Shown piece after piece: positions 16,199 through 25,600 of a stretch of 62,400 bases of DNA. The translations under genes were made by a program, and so were the position numbers. A model generated the notes under the pieces. It did no database searches. It was not told where the DNA came from and worked only from the letters and a program-made list of their open reading frames with translations. Source of the DNA: a virus (taxonomy: Duplodnaviria > Caudoviricetes); the IMG/VR virus record IMGVR_UViG_3300030430_003380, positions 1-62,400 of that record; one strand, 5' to 3'. Position 1 is the stretch's first letter. Every line of letters begins with the position of its first letter.

Positions 16199-16471
16199 AT
16201 GATAGAAACAAGAAAAGAGTTTATAAGTAGGGTGTTGTGGATGATAAAGGAGATAGATAAATCTAAATTTAAATCTTTAGATATACTATCTATGATAGAC
16301 TTTCAATTGAAACAAAGAGAGGTTGATTTAATGAAAAAAGACAGAGACATAATGATAAGTCTTATAGATAAATCATTAAATAATCTATCCATATACAATA
16401 GGCAAACTAAAGCAAAGATTTCGACTAAAGTTGAAGTTGAATTTAATAAGTTAATTGAAGAGGACAAATGA
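16199..16471 (+). CDS. Hypothetical protein
   Basis: Operonic ORF. Confidence 0.6.
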   Translation: MIETRKEFISRVLWMIKEIDKSKFKSLDILSMIDFQLKQREVDLMKKDRDIMISLIDKSLNNLSIYNRQTKAKISTKVEVEFNKLIEEDK

Positions 16472-16626
16472 AAATAGATATGCTACAGGTAACAAATCAA
16501 ATTAGATTTTACATAAGTGAAATAAAAAGTCTACAAGATGAGAACACAATTCTTAAAGATGAAAATAAGAAACTTAAGGTTGAATTAAAGAAGAAGAAGG
16601 ATGGAAAAACAAGTAAAGACAATTAA
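16468..16626 (+). CDS. 52-aa coiled-coil peptide
   Basis: Not in track; MKIDMLQVTNQIRFYISEIKSLQDENTILKDENKKLKVELKK..., ATGA-coupled, fills gap. Confidence 0.6.
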   Translation: MKIDMLQVTNQIRFYISEIKSLQDENTILKDENKKLKVELKKKKDGKTSKDN

Positions 16627-16960
16627 TGTTGATGAACTTTGGACAAGAAAAGGGAATGAATCTTGTTGCACTGAATATGTGTACTACGCTAAAATTAGGA
16701 GAAAGTATTTAAATTACATCAATGATAATATAGAGTCGTTATCAATAGAGTTGTTGAATAAGAAAAACTTTACTGATTCTAAATCGCTAAACGAGAGGAG
16801 AATTTATTATATTGTAAGGTCTATTGATAGGTTTAAGGTGCATGACCTAAAGAAATTACTCGATCAGGAGTACTCAATTACAGACTTTTTAAATAAGGCT
16901 AATGGAATACGAGAAAAAAATGTTGAAATCTTTGCTCGAAGAAATAGGGATAAATCATAA
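16601..16960 (+). CDS. Hypothetical protein
   Basis: Operonic ORF. Confidence 0.6.
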   Translation: MEKQVKTINVDELWTRKGNESCCTEYVYYAKIRRKYLNYINDNIESLSIELLNKKNFTDSKSLNERRIYYIVRSIDRFKVHDLKKLLDQEYSITDFLNKANGIREKNVEIFARRNRDKS

Positions 16961-17264
16961 ATTAAAAAGAAGTATTAAACCCAGTAAACATCCTTATATG
17001 CGAAAGTTAGAAAGGTATTTAAAGGCTCATAATTTTAAGTACATATACTTTTCTGATACAGATAGTTTAGCTATAACAGAAATTAATTATCATCCATTTA
17101 AATGTCTTTCAAATACCCTTATGACTCCATCAAATATAGGTATAAATGTTATGATGGTTATGAATGGTAGAGATATGTGTGATAAAAAGATAAATGACAT
17201 GGAACATGCTTTAGATTATATACTTTTAGATGATTTATGTTATAATATTATAGGTGTTGTGTGA
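16902..17264 (+). CDS. Hypothetical protein
   Basis: Operonic ORF. Confidence 0.6.
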   Translation: MEYEKKMLKSLLEEIGINHKLKRSIKPSKHPYMRKLERYLKAHNFKYIYFSDTDSLAITEINYHPFKCLSNTLMTPSNIGINVMMVMNGRDMCDKKINDMEHALDYILLDDLCYNIIGVV

Positions 17265-17350
17265 AAAAAATTTTACCACTTGTAGTGTTCTATTAAAAAA
17301 ATTTTTACTACTTTTACCGACAGAAAGTTAATTTAATTAAAAAACCAATT

Positions 17351-17917
17351 ATGGAAAAATCAGAGACCATTGGCAAGCTAACCCTTGCCTTATCGAAAGT
17401 GCAGGCTCAATTAAAACCTGCTAAAGAAAACTCAAAGAATCCTTTTTTTAAATCAAGCTATGCCGATCTTGGTGCAGTTTGGGATTCTGTTCGTAAACTA
17501 TTAGCTGAAAATGAATTAGCTATTATTCAAATGCCTACAGATGTGGGTGGTCTAACAACAATCTTATCACATTCAAGTGGAGAATACATTTCATCCACCA
17601 TGTACATTCCTTCAAAGGAAGACGCTCATGGTGTTGGCTCTGCTATATCATATGCGAGAAGATATGCTTTAGCATCAGTTGTTGGTGTGGTCACAGGTGA
17701 TGACGATGGCAATGGTGCAGTAAAAGGTACGCCTAATGTATCTAAGAAGCCTACATCTAAACCTAAGCTAACCGATGCTCAGTATAAGTCTATGCTGAAG
17801 GCTATTGAGGATGGTAAGGGTAGTGTTGTTGAGCAAAAGATGGCTGGGTACAACATGACTAAAACTCAAGAAGAAAAGTTAAATAAGATTTTGAAAATTA
17901 CTAAAACTTTAGTGTAA
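17351..17917 (+). CDS. ERF-family ssDNA annealing protein
   Basis: NPFFKSSYADL...LSHSSGEYI...GSAISYARRYAL..VVG...DDDGN. Confidence 0.92.
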   Translation: MEKSETIGKLTLALSKVQAQLKPAKENSKNPFFKSSYADLGAVWDSVRKLLAENELAIIQMPTDVGGLTTILSHSSGEYISSTMYIPSKEDAHGVGSAISYARRYALASVVGVVTGDDDGNGAVKGTPNVSKKPTSKPKLTDAQYKSMLKAIEDGKGSVVEQKMAGYNMTKTQEEKLNKILKITKTLV

Positions 17918-18684
17918 TGAGTTTGAATAAGTTTATTAGTAAACTAACAGATGATACCTTTTATTACTCTGACTATGAGTTCGTAACTAATTCTCAGTTA
18001 GGGTTGATAAAACAGGATGTTAGAACTTATAAGATGATGAGGGATAATCCTGATCTTAACAAGGAAACTATGCCTATGATCTTTGGTAGAGCATATCATG
18101 TAGCTATGTTAGAGCCTAATGATTTTAACGATAAAGTTTTAGTTTTTGATTCAGCTACAAGAACTACTAAAGGGTATAAGGAATTTGTGTTAGCTAACCC
18201 TAACGCACCTACAATAATCTTACAAAAAGAATACGATAAGATTATGTATATGCAAGATGTATTGTTCTCTCACAGCGAGGTGAATGACCTGTTACAAAAG
18301 GAAGGTGAACGGGAGATTGCAAACGCTTGGCAGGATCATGATACTGATGTTTTCTGTAAGGCTAAAGCTGATTACAAGAATGGTAAAACTATTATAGATC
18401 TTAAGACTACAGGTGATGGTAGCTTATATGGTTTCTCTAACTCGTGTAAGAAGTATGGATACGATAGGCAATCAGCATTCTATTTGGATGGGTTTGGTTG
18501 TGATGAGTTTGTTTTTATAACTCAAGAGAAGGAAAGACCATACAACGTATCTATATTCTATGCTGGAGATGAGTTCACAGAGAGAGGTAGGGCTGAGTAT
18601 AAATACTTGTTAGATGTTTACAAGAAATTTTTTATAAATAATGAGGAAGTAGTAGAGGAACACATAATTATGGAAACGCTATGA
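17917..18684 (+). CDS. PD-(D/E)XK exonuclease (RecE/exo VIII-like, DUF3799)
   Basis: FGRAYH.AMLEP...CKAKAD...IIDLKTT...YGYDRQSAFY; paired with ERF. Confidence 0.88.
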   Translation: MSLNKFISKLTDDTFYYSDYEFVTNSQLGLIKQDVRTYKMMRDNPDLNKETMPMIFGRAYHVAMLEPNDFNDKVLVFDSATRTTKGYKEFVLANPNAPTIILQKEYDKIMYMQDVLFSHSEVNDLLQKEGEREIANAWQDHDTDVFCKAKADYKNGKTIIDLKTTGDGSLYGFSNSCKKYGYDRQSAFYLDGFGCDEFVFITQEKERPYNVSIFYAGDEFTERGRAEYKYLLDVYKKFFINNEEVVEEHIIMETL

Positions 18685-18887
18685 CCTTAAGAGAAAAACT
18701 AGAAGAACAACAGATTAGCGAAAGATGGCTATCAGAAAGATTAGGGTTGAGCAGACCTACCCTATTAAAGTACTTAAAAAAACCTAACGAGTTTAGAGTT
18801 AAACACGTTAAAAAAATTGTTGAGTATTTAAGAATAACTGAAAGGGATGCATTAACTAATTATTTTAAACACAAAAATTATGAGTAA
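18681..18887 (+). CDS. XRE/Cro-like HTH protein
   Basis: ISERWLSERLGLSRPTLLKYL helix-turn-helix. Confidence 0.75.
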   Translation: MTLREKLEEQQISERWLSERLGLSRPTLLKYLKKPNEFRVKHVKKIVEYLRITERDALTNYFKHKNYE

Positions 18888-19143
18888 ATCTGAAAAAATT
18901 TACATTGGAAATGGAACTGAGAAGTTCGATGGTGGTATCGTACAATTCTCTCTTAATCTAACAAAACTTAAAAACGAAGCTTCTGAGCATATGTTTGAGT
19001 ACAATGGAGATAAGTTTATTAAGTTAAAGGTAGTTAAGAAAAGAGAAGCTGATGAGTATGGTAAGACTCATTACGTTGAGGTGGACACATTTAAGCCAGA
19101 GCCTAAAAAAGTCACTACAGTAGATGATGATCTACCATTTTAA
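18880..19143 (+). CDS. Single-stranded DNA-binding protein (Bacteroidota phage type)
   Basis: Beta-rich core, DEYGKTH, acidic DDDLPF tail. Confidence 0.7.
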   Translation: MSKSEKIYIGNGTEKFDGGIVQFSLNLTKLKNEASEHMFEYNGDKFIKLKVVKKREADEYGKTHYVEVDTFKPEPKKVTTVDDDLPF

Positions 19144-19152
19144 TTGATAATG

Positions 19153-19239
19153 ATAGGCATGAGTGAGAGCAGTTAAACTCTAATAATCATAGCTACTGCA
19201 GGTAAGACTTCCGTACAAAACCTATGAGCCTATTTTTTT
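19153..19239 (+). ncRNA. Putative structured cis-regulatory RNA/attenuator
   Basis: Closing stem ATAGGC/GCCTAT, two internal stems, T-run. Confidence 0.3.
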
Positions 19240-19252
19240 AAAACCAAAGACC

Positions 19253-19738
19253 ATGATATTAAGAGTATCCGATAAAGACATAGTTGACACAAGTAAGATT
19301 GGTTACATCACCCTTGATGGACAAAAAATTATATTTGGTGATTTAACTTGGTCTATATATAATAATGAAATGGAAGCTCAATGTGTGTTCAATAATATAG
19401 TAAATCATATGCAGATTAAAGACATGAGGTTTGCTGAAAAGAAAACCATTCAGCCAAATGATAGAAAAGAAAAAGCATTTGAGATGTTCTGGAACCTGTA
19501 TGATAAAAAAGTATCGTACAGCCAAGCAAAAACAGCTTTCATGCAACTAACCTTGCAAGAGATGGGAAAGGCTGTGAAGTCAGTTAAAGAATATATAGAC
19601 TCAACACCAAATAAAGAGTATAGAAAAAACCCAACAACATGGATACGCCAGAAGTGTTGGAATGATGAAATAGTTTTAAATAAAATAAAGAAAAAAAATA
19701 GATACGTTAAGCCTAAATATATAACAGATGAAAGATAA
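19253..19738 (+). CDS. Replication initiator/helicase-loader-like protein
   Basis: FEMFWNLYDKKV...YRKNPTTWIRQKCWNDE C-terminal initiator motif; directly upstream of DnaB. Confidence 0.7.
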   Translation: MILRVSDKDIVDTSKIGYITLDGQKIIFGDLTWSIYNNEMEAQCVFNNIVNHMQIKDMRFAEKKTIQPNDRKEKAFEMFWNLYDKKVSYSQAKTAFMQLTLQEMGKAVKSVKEYIDSTPNKEYRKNPTTWIRQKCWNDEIVLNKIKKKNRYVKPKYITDER

Positions 19739-21050
19739 GGTTGAAATGGAAAAAAGGCTTATAGGTAAATTAATGTCAAAGCCAGACGAGTATTATGACT
19801 TACATGGAATGTTGTCTGAAGATATTTTTAGTGACAACATAAATAAAAGGCTTTACAAATCTATATCTACTATACTTAATAATGGTGGTAAGTTAGATAT
19901 GATAAATGTAACTAAAGGAATAAAAGGTAACGATGCTTCAATAAGATTAGCTGAATGCGTTTCACTTGATCACTACGCATACATAGGAAAGAATATAGTT
20001 TTATTTTTATCACAAGAAGATAAAAAAATTAAATTAAAAAGGTTAGCTAAATCAACAATTAAAAGGCTTGATGACGGAGATGATTTATTTGATGTTATAG
20101 AACATGTCGATGATCAGATGAAAATAATATCTGATATTAAGTCAAGTGAAATGCCTGACATAGTAAAACAACTTAAAGTTTTACATGATGATATAGATAG
20201 AAGAATGTCATCAAAGGACATGAACGGTCTACCTACAGGTTTTCAGTCTGTAGATAAATTTACTGGTGGTTGGCAAGCCACCGACTTAATTATAATAGGT
20301 GGTGCATCATCTATGGGTAAGACATCACTTGGTTTAGCTTTTTGCTATAACTGTGCTAAAGCAGAAATACCTGCTGCAGTGTTCTCATACGAGATGGGTG
20401 ACACACAGCTTTTACAAAGACTAGTTTCTTTAGAAAGTAAAGTTAACAATAGGTATATAATGAAGGGGACTATTGAAGATGATGAGCTTAAAAGGATACA
20501 TAAAGCTATAGGCAAGTTAGAAAAAACTTGTTTATTTGTTGATGAGTGTAAGGATTCATCTTTAAGTTATCTTTTAAATAAGATAAGAAAATATGTTATC
20601 GTAAAGAAGGTTAAGTTTTTCTTAATAGATTATCTTCAACTTGTTAAAGGTGTTGGAAGTTCTAGAGAGCAGGAAGTGGCTGTTGTTGCTCGTGAACTTA
20701 AGAATATAGCTAAGGAATTAGATGTAACAATAGTTGCGTTGTCACAACTTAGTAGAGCAGTTGAAAGAAAGGATGGTTGTAGACCAAGTCTTTCAGATTT
20801 AAGAGAGAGTGGTGAGATAGAACAAGCATCAGATATAGTTATGCTGGTATATAGACCAGAATACTATGGTATAATGACTGATGATAACGGTCAATCTACA
20901 GAAGGTCTTGTAGATTTGATATTCGCTAAAGGTAGAAATATAGGTACAGGAACGTTACCTCTTAGATTCCAAAAAGAATACACAAAGTTTATTGATCCAC
21001 AGGATTTTGAAGCTAAATTTATATCAGTTAAACCAGAAGAATCTTTTTAA
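19728..21050 (+). CDS. dnaB: Replicative DnaB-like helicase
   Basis: GGASSMGKT, IDYLQL, ALSQLSR, SDLRESGEIEQASD, AKGRN. Confidence 0.96.
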   Translation: MKDKVEMEKRLIGKLMSKPDEYYDLHGMLSEDIFSDNINKRLYKSISTILNNGGKLDMINVTKGIKGNDASIRLAECVSLDHYAYIGKNIVLFLSQEDKKIKLKRLAKSTIKRLDDGDDLFDVIEHVDDQMKIISDIKSSEMPDIVKQLKVLHDDIDRRMSSKDMNGLPTGFQSVDKFTGGWQATDLIIIGGASSMGKTSLGLAFCYNCAKAEIPAAVFSYEMGDTQLLQRLVSLESKVNNRYIMKGTIEDDELKRIHKAIGKLEKTCLFVDECKDSSLSYLLNKIRKYVIVKKVKFFLIDYLQLVKGVGSSREQEVAVVARELKNIAKELDVTIVALSQLSRAVERKDGCRPSLSDLRESGEIEQASDIVMLVYRPEYYGIMTDDNGQSTEGLVDLIFAKGRNIGTGTLPLRFQKEYTKFIDPQDFEAKFISVKPEESF

Positions 21051-21053
21051 ATT

Positions 21054-21137
21054 ATGATAGAAGTATTTTTAAGTGTCCTTTGTTTTATTTTATTATACAT
21101 GGCTTGGGAAATAGTTAAATATAATAGTAATAAATGA
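21054..21137 (+). CDS. 27-aa single-TM peptide
   Basis: Not in track; MIEVFLSVLCFILLYMAWEIVKYNSNK, TGA overlaps next ATG. Confidence 0.5.
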   Translation: MIEVFLSVLCFILLYMAWEIVKYNSNK

Positions 21138-21583
21138 GAAAGGAGCCTAGATTTGAGAGTCAAGAAGATAGAGATAGGGAAGCCGAAACTCTTCGTATAT
21201 TACTTGAAGGTAAAGACTTAACCTTTAATCAACTGGATAAATATGCACCAGTTGATGCTGAAATAATTGACAACAGAACAATGCAGGTTATATCTTTATG
21301 TGAGGTAAAGACAATGAGTCTTAATATGATAGACATAGAAAGAGTTAGAACATCTGTAAGAAAAATACAGCATTGTCAAAAAGAAGCTTTACAAAAAGGT
21401 TTACCACTATGTATAGCGTGGAGGTTCTTAGATGGTATTGGTTACATATGGATGCACAAAATAACAAAAGCCACAGTTGAGTGGGGTGGCATGAAAAACC
21501 CACGACCAGGATCTATATGGGATAGAGAATTATTATTCTACATAGATATGGATTTATTAACTATAATTAATTTTACAAAATGA
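21134..21583 (+). CDS. PD-(D/E)XK-fold nuclease-like protein
   Basis: YAPVD...CEVK motif. Confidence 0.6.
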   Translation: MRKEPRFESQEDRDREAETLRILLEGKDLTFNQLDKYAPVDAEIIDNRTMQVISLCEVKTMSLNMIDIERVRTSVRKIQHCQKEALQKGLPLCIAWRFLDGIGYIWMHKITKATVEWGGMKNPRPGSIWDRELLFYIDMDLLTIINFTK

Positions 21584-21774
21584 GTAAACAAGAAAAAGAA
21601 GAAGAAAAAAACTACAGAAGACAAAAGTTTGATTGCGAGATGAGATTTAATATTGTTGAACTAGCAAGTCAAATGAAAGGTGATCTAAAGGAAAACACTA
21701 GAAACTTAGCCTCATATGTTTTTACAGGATACTTTCCTCAACCTGAAGAAGAAAAAAATAAATCAAAAAAATAA
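21580..21774 (+). CDS. Hypothetical protein
   Basis: Coupled ORF. Confidence 0.6.
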   Translation: MSKQEKEEEKNYRRQKFDCEMRFNIVELASQMKGDLKENTRNLASYVFTGYFPQPEEEKNKSKK

Positions 21775-21804
21775 TTCGTATCTTGCAGGCTACAATAATA
21801 TAGC

Positions 21805-22044
21805 ATGTCGAGTAAGAGTTCTAAGTATTACAAAAAAAATAAAAAGTCATACGCAAAGAAAAAAAAGTATGACTCCAAATATTCTTCATCAGAGAAGAGA
21901 AAAAATTATCGTGTTAAGCTAAACTTTTTTAATAGAAAAAAAGGTAAAAAAGGTGACGGAAAAGATGCATCACACACTAAGTCTGGCAAAATAGTATTAG
22001 AGAGTCAATCTAAAAACAGAGCAAGAAATAGAGGTAGGAAGTAA
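21805..22044 (+). CDS. Basic degenerate HNH-like protein
   Basis: KGDGKDASH...KNRARN motif. Confidence 0.6.
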   Translation: MSSKSSKYYKKNKKSYAKKKKYDSKYSSSEKRKNYRVKLNFFNRKKGKKGDGKDASHTKSGKIVLESQSKNRARNRGRK

Positions 22045-22049
22045 TTATT

Positions 22050-22526
22050 TTGTATCTTGGCTTGATGCGATTCAAACGAAGAAAGGGAAAGCAGATAACT
22101 AAAGCTAAGAAACACGTTGCAGATGGAATCACATTTGCCTCTGGCTTAGAGCTTTACTGCTACAGAGCATTAAAAAAAGCAAAGATCCCCCACGAATATG
22201 AAGGAAAGACCTTTGAGCTTGTAGACAAATTCAAGTTTGAAGGTCTTCTTATGGATAAGGGTAAGACAAAGGGTAAGACTACCTTTAAGAAAAAACCTGG
22301 AAACATAAGAAACATAACCTACACACCCGACTTCATAAATTTAAAAAAAGGTTTTATTATAGAGACGAAAGGTATAAGGACTCCTGAGTTTAAGATGCGA
22401 TTCAAGCTGTTCTTAAAACACCTGTATGATACAGGTCAGAAGTTAGATGTTTATGTCCCATCAAATCAAAAGGAGGTAGATGCTACAGTCGATACCATCT
22501 TAGGTCGGGGTCCTTATAAAAAGTAA
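22050..22526 (+). CDS. Endonuclease I/DUF1064-like Holliday-junction resolvase
   Basis: DGITFASGLE...YE...TYTPDF...IIETKG; start probably MRFKRRK (22065). Confidence 0.8.
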   Translation: MYLGLMRFKRRKGKQITKAKKHVADGITFASGLELYCYRALKKAKIPHEYEGKTFELVDKFKFEGLLMDKGKTKGKTTFKKKPGNIRNITYTPDFINLKKGFIIETKGIRTPEFKMRFKLFLKHLYDTGQKLDVYVPSNQKEVDATVDTILGRGPYKK

Positions 22527-22605
22527 AAGGAGGGAACCACCCCTCCTTTCATATCAACCAAAAAACCAATCAGAATGACGTCCCAGAACGGGACTAAGAT
22601 TAGTA
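22522..22605 (-). ncRNA. Putative ~80-nt small RNA
   Basis: TACATTTG at 22609-22616, GTCCC/GGGAC hairpin, U/G-rich linker, terminator. Confidence 0.4.
22526..22549. terminator. Terminator hairpin between convergent transcription units
   Basis: AAAGGAGGG-aaccac-CCCTCCTTT. Confidence 0.85.
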
Positions 22606-22651
22606 GTACAAATGTAATAATATTATTTATAAAAAAACGTATAATAAAATA

Positions 22652-25600
22652 TTATTTATAAGTATCTCCTATTGGTAATCTTAAAACCTTACCATGATCC
22701 CTCCACACTCTATTAATAATATGATCAGCTAGATGATTAGGCACTTTCAATTTATTAATCATAAGCTCTTTACTTTGATTTAAAGTATAGTGGTGAGCCC
22801 TTGCTGCAGCCACTAATACAGCCATCTGATCAACAAAGCCACTAAGATGTGGATCATAAAGAGGACTAAGTCTATTTAGTCTGCTATTTAGCTCATCCTG
22901 ATCGTACAAATTAAACTTCTCTCTGTTTAGTAAAGGTAGATTAATACCTTCTTCATAGAATATTTTATTACCTTTAGCTCTAGACTTAATCTTATTGAAC
23001 TGATCAGATAACTTAAACTGAGCTGATGTATCAGTATATATTCTACTTACTCTAAAACCAAGTAGTGCAGATATTTCATAAGAAACAACCCTTCTCTTGT
23101 CTGGATCAAAAGCATCATACAACTTAAACCCTTGCATAGCTGTAGAAGGTGCAAGCTTACCGCCAACGTATGTAACTACAGCAGGAATTATATCGTACCA
23201 TGGAGCTTCTTTATTGTATATTCTTTCAAACTCATTATCTCTAGCCTCTTGTATAGCGTTAAGAGTCATTTCCTCTGACAAGAATGGTTTGTATATTGTC
23301 TCTAGTATTCTAACTAAAGCGTCTTTACCATCTTTACTATCCACACCCTTAACAGCTATTCTAATCATATCTCTTATGTATCCTATACCAGACATCTTAG
23401 ACATGTTAACATAATCAACGTAAGGTCTACCTTGTTCATCTACACCACTACCTTTAGGTACTACGAAACCTGTTTGATCCCAATCAGGTTGTAATGCTCT
23501 TAGGTATCTTTTCTCAACCTCTTCGTCATCTCCTGCACCAAGTAACATTTGAAGCATCATTAGTTGTAAAGATTCTACAAGTGTTATTGTAGCTATAGAT
23601 GAGGCAAGTCTTGTTACACCCATTGATTTCAACTCTGGGTTACCACTACTCATCTCATTAAATGCTAGCATTACAGAGTTCTTAGCACATCTGATAGACT
23701 CAGCCTGGAATGCTACGAAGGTACCAACAAAAGGTGATCGACCTATGAATCTAATTATTCTAGGTATCTCATTATAGTTAGGGTAAGTGTTTCTTACATT
23801 CTCTGCGGCAACTAGGTCTGCCTCGTTTTCAGAAAGACCAGCTTTCATGTATTTTTCTTTCTCACTTAAAAATCCAAATATCTTAAATACATCATCTTCA
23901 GCTTGATACGCAGCAGTTAGTTTTTGATCTAATGTCTTTAACAACTTAGCTATATCACTTTCAGACTTGTTTGCAAAGAAAGTGTCAACATCAAAGTCTG
24001 CATCAGATAAATCTTTTGCTATACCTCTAATTTCTTGTAATGATGCAGACGAACTAACTACTCCAAGCTTGACTAGTTTTTTATAAAGATCTTTCATCTC
24101 AGGATCTTTAAACGTAGATACAGCTTGTATAGCTACCCTAGCAGAAGTAAACAACTTCTTACCATCCAAGTGACCATTCATTAACATGAAAGAAGAGTTA
24201 CCTATAATATTTCTTGTATGAGTACCAACACTCCAGATAGTCTTCATCTTTTTACCAAACATAACTACCTTCATGTATTGCTGATAGAAGTAGTTATCAA
24301 ACATATTCATCTTTCTATCAATCTCACTCAATACAGAGTACATCTCATCATCCAAGAAGTAACCATTTAAACTTCCAAATCTAGGATCTTTAACTTGGTT
24401 GTTAAACCCTTGATTTAATATCGCAGGTCTTCTACCAGATTCATCTGGTGGTGACAAGAATAATCCTTCACCAATATCTATAAGCTCTCTGTACATTTTA
24501 TCAGAGGTCACAGTTCTTGCTATCTTAGATATAGTATTTGTATAGTTGTAGAAAGGATCGTGTATCTCACCAAGTAAATCTCTAATCTCTACTGGTAGAT
24601 CTTCATTTCTAGCCATGAATATAGAACCAACTCTAGTTAATGCGTTACCAAAACCTTGTGAATAAGTCTGTATTCTTTCAGCTCTTGAAGTTTCATCTCC
24701 ATTCTGTATTATATCTAAGTCTTGTTTAGCAAAATCATAAGCCTCCTGCTCTGATAGTTCAGGATTTTTTTCCATATGAGCATTGGTCATAAAGTTCAAA
24801 GCTCTGTTAATTATCTTTTGATCTTCTTGCTTCCAACCCTTCTTCTCATACTGTCTGTATCTTCTTGTAAGATAAACACCAAGATTAGCATCAACCTTAA
24901 GAGTTGTAGGACCATCAACAATCTCCTCTCTAATTAAAGTTTTACTGAGCTGATCTATATGATCTCTCATGTTTATAAAAGCAGCTTTAAGTCTAGGGTT
25001 TCTTAACCTTAGTATCTTAGATCTGTCAGCTAAAAGCTCTGTGGCTTTTTGACCATCTATTTTTCTCTTACCAGAAACACTATTATTATATTCTATTATA
25101 GCAGCCTTAACTTCTTTAACGTTTTCACTAGCCTCAAACAACTCTTTATTTAAAGCACCTTGTGCCACAGTCATAAGGTCTTTAACCTCTTTACTACTAT
25201 GAGTACCAAATGGTTTTGCAAACAATCTAGATAACCTAACATCATACTGCTTGTCAGATATAGCCTTGAATGATGTAGCCCACCGACCTAAATCATAATC
25301 TCTTTCTATCATCATACGACCTATATCCCAAAGAACAGCAAAACCACCACGTCTATAAACAGTTCTACCTTGCTGGTTTGCTAGTTGGAATCTAGTTTTC
25401 GTATTAGATCTTACAGGTTCCCAAGTTGTAGCCATCTGTTTTCCACTATCATCAAACAAGAATCCTTGGAATCCTAATCCAGAGGCTAACTTAGCAATCT
25501 CTTCCATCTGATTGTAAGATACATCTTTAGACTTAACTTCTTTAGTATCTATGTTATCACAACAATCCTTAAGACTTTCTATCACTTCTTCAGATATATG

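Noticed and set aside
19150-19240. Possible tRNA or hammerhead ribozyme
   Set aside because: No TTC(G/A)A T-loop or cloverleaf, and no CUGANGA/GAAA core
23984-23998. DFDVD in the giant protein, resembling the DFDID catalytic motif of crAss virion RNA polymerase (also DFDGE near 30420)
   Set aside because: Lies in a helical LPD38-like C-terminal region with no recognisable double-psi barrel motifs; likely chance, though a structure search should confirm
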